Below are positions 57,683 to 60,704 of a DNA stretch of 60,704 nt, one piece after another; within the stretch, counting starts at the first letter, position 1; each line of letters starts with the position of its first letter. Origin of the DNA: an uncultured bacterium (GTDB lineage: Bacteria > Electryoneota > B3-LCP). The notes under the pieces were generated by a model. That model was not told the origin of the DNA. It saw only the letters and a program-made list of their open reading frames with translations, and made no database searches. The stretch is taken from positions 1-60,704 of the forward strand of contig CAZUTK010000009.1 of NCBI GenBank assembly GCA_964623265.1, in the 5' to 3' direction. The translations under genes and the position numbers were made by a program.

Positions 57683-58507
57683 TTATGGTTTCCATCCTTT
57701 CACAGTGATGCTCTCCACAGCCCCCATAACTTCTTTTGCCTGTTCCGCGGGAATTCCGGCTTCCTGAATTAAGCTCTGAACGGAAGGGTCGTTGGCGAGG
57801 TAGTCCACGGGGAAGACCTTGGATTCCAGAACCATCACTTTGTGAAATCCCGCTTTCCTGATCAAATCGAGATAACGGTCTTTCAACAATGCGCCCGAGA
57901 TGCAGCCGTTGTACGCAGCGACGGATCGTCGAATGAATTCCGGCAGGGGTTTGGTGAGGACGATGTCCGACACCACAAATCTGCCGCCGGATTTCAATAC
58001 TCGGTGCATCTCGCGGAAAACCGCTTCTTTATCGGGGGAGAGATTGATCACGCAATTGGACAGAATTGCGTCCACAGCGGCGTCTGCGACAGGTAAATGT
58101 TCGATTTCACCCAGACGAAATTCGACATTGGTGTAGCCGCCGCGAGCCGCGTTGCGCCGCGCCAAGTCAATCATATCCGCGGTCATATCCACGCCGATGA
58201 CACGGCCCTCTGATCCCACTTCCCGCGCCGCGAGGAAACAATCCAGACCGCCACCCGAACCCAGATCTAGAACAGTATCCCCCGGTTTCAATTCCACCTG
58301 GTTGACCGGACTCCCGCACCCCAATCCGAGATTGGCATCCTCTGGGATGGAACTCAGTTGTTCGTCGCTGTAACCCAACCCTTTGCTGGTCATCTCTGGA
58401 TAATTTCCTCCGCAGCAGCTGCTTGCGGGACCGCAGCAAGAGCTCTTTTCGCGTGCGATCCTGCTGTATCCTTCGCGGACGGTTTTCCTGATGTCTTCTG
58501 AAGTCAT
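57683..58507 (-). CDS. arsM: Arsenite S-adenosylmethionine methyltransferase
   Basis: SCCG..SCCG, NLGLGCG.P, LDLGSGGG.DCF, SNCVINLSPDK, GCISGA. Confidence 0.9.
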   Translation of the reverse strand: MTSEDIRKTVREGYSRIAREKSSCCGPASSCCGGNYPEMTSKGLGYSDEQLSSIPEDANLGLGCGSPVNQVELKPGDTVLDLGSGGGLDCFLAAREVGSEGRVIGVDMTADMIDLARRNAARGGYTNVEFRLGEIEHLPVADAAVDAILSNCVINLSPDKEAVFREMHRVLKSGGRFVVSDIVLTKPLPEFIRRSVAAYNGCISGALLKDRYLDLIRKAGFHKVMVLESKVFPVDYLANDPSVQSLIQEAGIPAEQAKEVMGAVESITVKGWKP

Positions 58508-58528
58508 TTTCCGTTCTCCTCGTCGTCT

Positions 58529-58810
58529 TCAAGGTTTATCCGTTATTTCCTGCATCAATGGTCCGATGAAGTCCTGGACCAAAGTGGACAATTCTTCCGT
58601 CTTGAGCAGAGCGAAACAGCAGATCACCCCTTCCTTTTCGAAGCTGATCAGCGCCAGTTTCGATCCAGGCTGGATTCCGCTCCGCTCCCGCAATTCTTTG
58701 GGCAGAACCATCTGCCCGCGCTCATCCACGCTGAGCACCGCTTCCAGTTTGCAGCAGCTTCTGCCTGAGTCATTCCGCAGGCAGGCATCGGGTTTGAATT
58801 TCAATTTCAT
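58529..58810 (-). CDS. AbrB/SpoVT-fold protein resembling HgcAB-associated protein HgcC
   Basis: CCKLEAVLSVDERGQMVLPKELRE..GI..G.KLALIS......CCF.L.K. RBS AGGA. Confidence 0.75.
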   Translation of the reverse strand: MKLKFKPDACLRNDSGRSCCKLEAVLSVDERGQMVLPKELRERSGIQPGSKLALISFEKEGVICCFALLKTEELSTLVQDFIGPLMQEITDKP

Positions 58811-58828
58811 ATGGATCCTAAATGGATC

Positions 58829-58887
58829 ATTATTCAGAATTATAAGAAATTTCAGAATAATATACAATCAAAAAATCTCTGCAGCAA
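58829..58887 (-). promoter_or_regulatory. Promoter TTGCTG-17-TATATT with overlapping operator-like repeat
   Basis: -35 at 58882-58887, -10 at 58859-58864. ttcagaat occurs twice (58833, 58851) inside the inverted repeat attattc...gaataat. Confidence 0.65.
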
Positions 58888-58934
58888 GCATTTTTTCGAA
58901 TTTTTTCGTTATGTATCATCCCGCCCAAAATCCT

Positions 58935-58963
58935 TTGACTTTGTTCGATGGGTAATATATATT
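58935..58963 (+). promoter_or_regulatory. sigma70-type promoter TTGACT-17-TATATT for valS
   Basis: Hexamers with a 17-bp spacer. Confidence 0.7.
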
Positions 58964-58996
58964 ATAAAGATATAAAAAATCTTCTTCAAGAAAACA

Positions 58997-60704
58997 ATGC
59001 CCGAATTAGCTAAGATCTACGATCCCACACTGGTCGAAGACAAATGGTATCGCTTTTGGGAGGAGAACGACCTCTTTCGAACGACCGCGGGTTCCGATAA
59101 AAAGCCCTATGTGATTATGATGCCGCCGCCCAATATCACCGGCATCCTGCATATGGGGCATGCGCTGCAGGACGCCGTCCAGGACGCTCTGATTCGATAT
59201 CATCGCATGAAAGGCTTCGAAGCGCTCTGGCTGCCGGGCACGGATCACGCGGGGATCGCCACGCAGAATGTAGTGGAACGTGAACTGGCGGCAAGGGGGA
59301 TCCGACGGGAGGAATTGGGGCGCGAAGCGTTTCTGGCGGAAGTCTGGAAATGGAAGGAGAAACACGGTGGCATCATTTCACGGCAAAAGCGTCGGCTGGG
59401 CGATTCCGCGGACTGGCACCGGGAACGCTTCACGATGGACGAAATGCTCTCCCGCGCCGTGGCGGAAGCCTTCGTGCGCCTTTACCAGGACGGCTTGATC
59501 TATCGCGGGGATTATATCGTCAACTGGTGTCCGCGTTGCGGCACCGCCATTTCGGATGAAGAAGTGGATCACCGCGAAACGCAGGGGCATCTCTGGTACA
59601 TCCGCTACGCATTGAAAGGGACGGACGAGTTTCTGACGGTCGCCACGACGAGACCTGAGACGATGCTGGGGGATACCGCTGTCGCTGTTCACCCCGATGA
59701 TCCGAGGTATCGTCATCTGCAGAGCAGGATTGCCATCCTTCCGGTTTTAAATCGGGAAATCCCTGTGATTTTCGACCGCTTTGTGGATCCCGAGTTCGGC
59801 ACTGGGTTGGTCAAAGTAACACCGGCGCACGACCCCAACGACTTCGAAATCGGAAAGCGTCATCAACTCCCGTTCGTCAAGGTCATTGACGAGAGCGGGA
59901 AGATGACCGCGCAAGCCGGACCGGATTTCCAGGGGATGGACCGTTTCGCCTGTCGGGACGCTCTGGTGGAACGGCTGACGCAGCTCGGCTTGCTGGAGAA
60001 AACGGAAGATCATCGCCATGCCGTGGGGCATTGTATGAGGTGTAAGACGGTCATCGAACCGTTTCTCTCACGCCAGTGGTTCGTGAAGATGAAGCCTCTG
60101 GCGCAGCCCGCCGTCGAAGCCGTGAAGTCGGGGCGCATCCGGTTCGTGCCGCCGCGTTGGGAGAAAGTCTATTTATCTTGGTTGGATGAGATCCGCGACT
60201 GGTGCATCTCCCGCCAGCTCTGGTGGGGACACCGCATCCCGGTTTACACCTGCGAAAAGTGCGGCGAGACTCTGGCATCCGCGCAGGCGCCCGAACACTG
60301 CCCTAGCTGCGGCGGTCGCAGGATGACTCAGGATCCGGATGTTTTGGATACCTGGTTTTCTTCCTGGCTCTGGCCGTTTTCCACTCTGGGCTGGCCGGAG
60401 GATACCCCGGCTCTGCGTTATTTTTACCCCACAGATGTGCTGGTTTCCGGGTATGACATCATCTTCTTCTGGATCGCCCGCATGATTATGGCGGGTCTGA
60501 AGTTCACGGGGCGGGAACCGTATCATACGGTTTATATCACAGGAATGGTGAAAGACGAGCAAGGCCGCTGGATGTCCAAATCGCTGGGCAACGGCATAGA
60601 CCCCATCGAAATGATTGACCGCTACGGCGCCGATGCCGTGCGCTATTCGCTGGTTGTCCTGACGACGGAGGGGCAGGACATCAAACTGGCGCCTTCCCGC
60701 TTCG
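58997..60704 (+). CDS. valS: Valine--tRNA ligase (3' partial; absent from the ORF track because it runs off the window)
   Basis: My translation: MPELAKIYDP...PPPNITGILHMGHA...GTDHAGIATQ...VKVTPAHDPND...DWCISRQLWWGHRIP...DVLDTWFSS...WMSKS. Confidence 0.96.
   Translation, partial: MPELAKIYDPTLVEDKWYRFWEENDLFRTTAGSDKKPYVIMMPPPNITGILHMGHALQDAVQDALIRYHRMKGFEALWLPGTDHAGIATQNVVERELAARGIRREELGREAFLAEVWKWKEKHGGIISRQKRRLGDSADWHRERFTMDEMLSRAVAEAFVRLYQDGLIYRGDYIVNWCPRCGTAISDEEVDHRETQGHLWYIRYALKGTDEFLTVATTRPETMLGDTAVAVHPDDPRYRHLQSRIAILPVLNREIPVIFDRFVDPEFGTGLVKVTPAHDPNDFEIGKRHQLPFVKVIDESGKMTAQAGPDFQGMDRFACRDALVERLTQLGLLEKTEDHRHAVGHCMRCKTVIEPFLSRQWFVKMKPLAQPAVEAVKSGRIRFVPPRWEKVYLSWLDEIRDWCISRQLWWGHRIPVYTCEKCGETLASAQAPEHCPSCGGRRMTQDPDVLDTWFSSWLWPFSTLGWPEDTPALRYFYPTDVLVSGYDIIFFWIARMIMAGLKFTGREPYHTVYITGMVKDEQGRWMSKSLGNGIDPIEMIDRYGADAVRYSLVVLTTEGQDIKLAPSRF

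Noticed and set aside
57683-58810. Selenocysteine forms of ArsM or the HgcC-like protein
   Set aside because: There is no in-frame TGA. All expected positions are Cys codons.
1-60704. CRISPR arrays, rRNA, tRNA, transposases, integrases and prophage genes
   Set aside because: I recognised no regularly spaced repeats or diagnostic motifs by eye. Dedicated scans were not run.

Overview
This is a gene-dense chromosomal segment from what looks like an FCB-superphylum bacterium outside Bacteroidota. That placement is an inference from six proteins carrying T9SS/Por-type C-terminal sorting domains, a PorV-like gene, and sigma70-type TTGxxx-17bp-TAxxxT promoters. Housekeeping genes include a CCA-adding enzyme, cdd, a ClpX-like ATPase, a TrmH-family methylase, rarA, trxA, purL and a partial valS. 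Also present are a small Wzz/Wzy/MurJ/GT4 surface-polysaccharide cluster, secreted peptidases and large surface proteins, a membrane sulfatase-like gene with a pseudogenised paralog remnant, and an AsmA/YdbH-like protein. I found no rRNA, tRNA, CRISPR array or transposase. The best candidates for new biology are: (1) an HgcC-like AbrB regulator plus arsM operon with a clear operator and no hgcAB in the window; (2) an HTH/wHTH protein with an internal repeat, translationally coupled to a small secreted Trp-rich repeat protein, behind a palindromic promoter; (3) a receiver-domain gene that seems to need a non-canonical start, coupled to a standalone V4R gene, trxA and a CoA-binding gene; (4) a TRAM-less methylthiotransferase-like radical SAM enzyme; (5) leaderless mRNA candidates. 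All family assignments come from motif recognition by eye, not from database searches.
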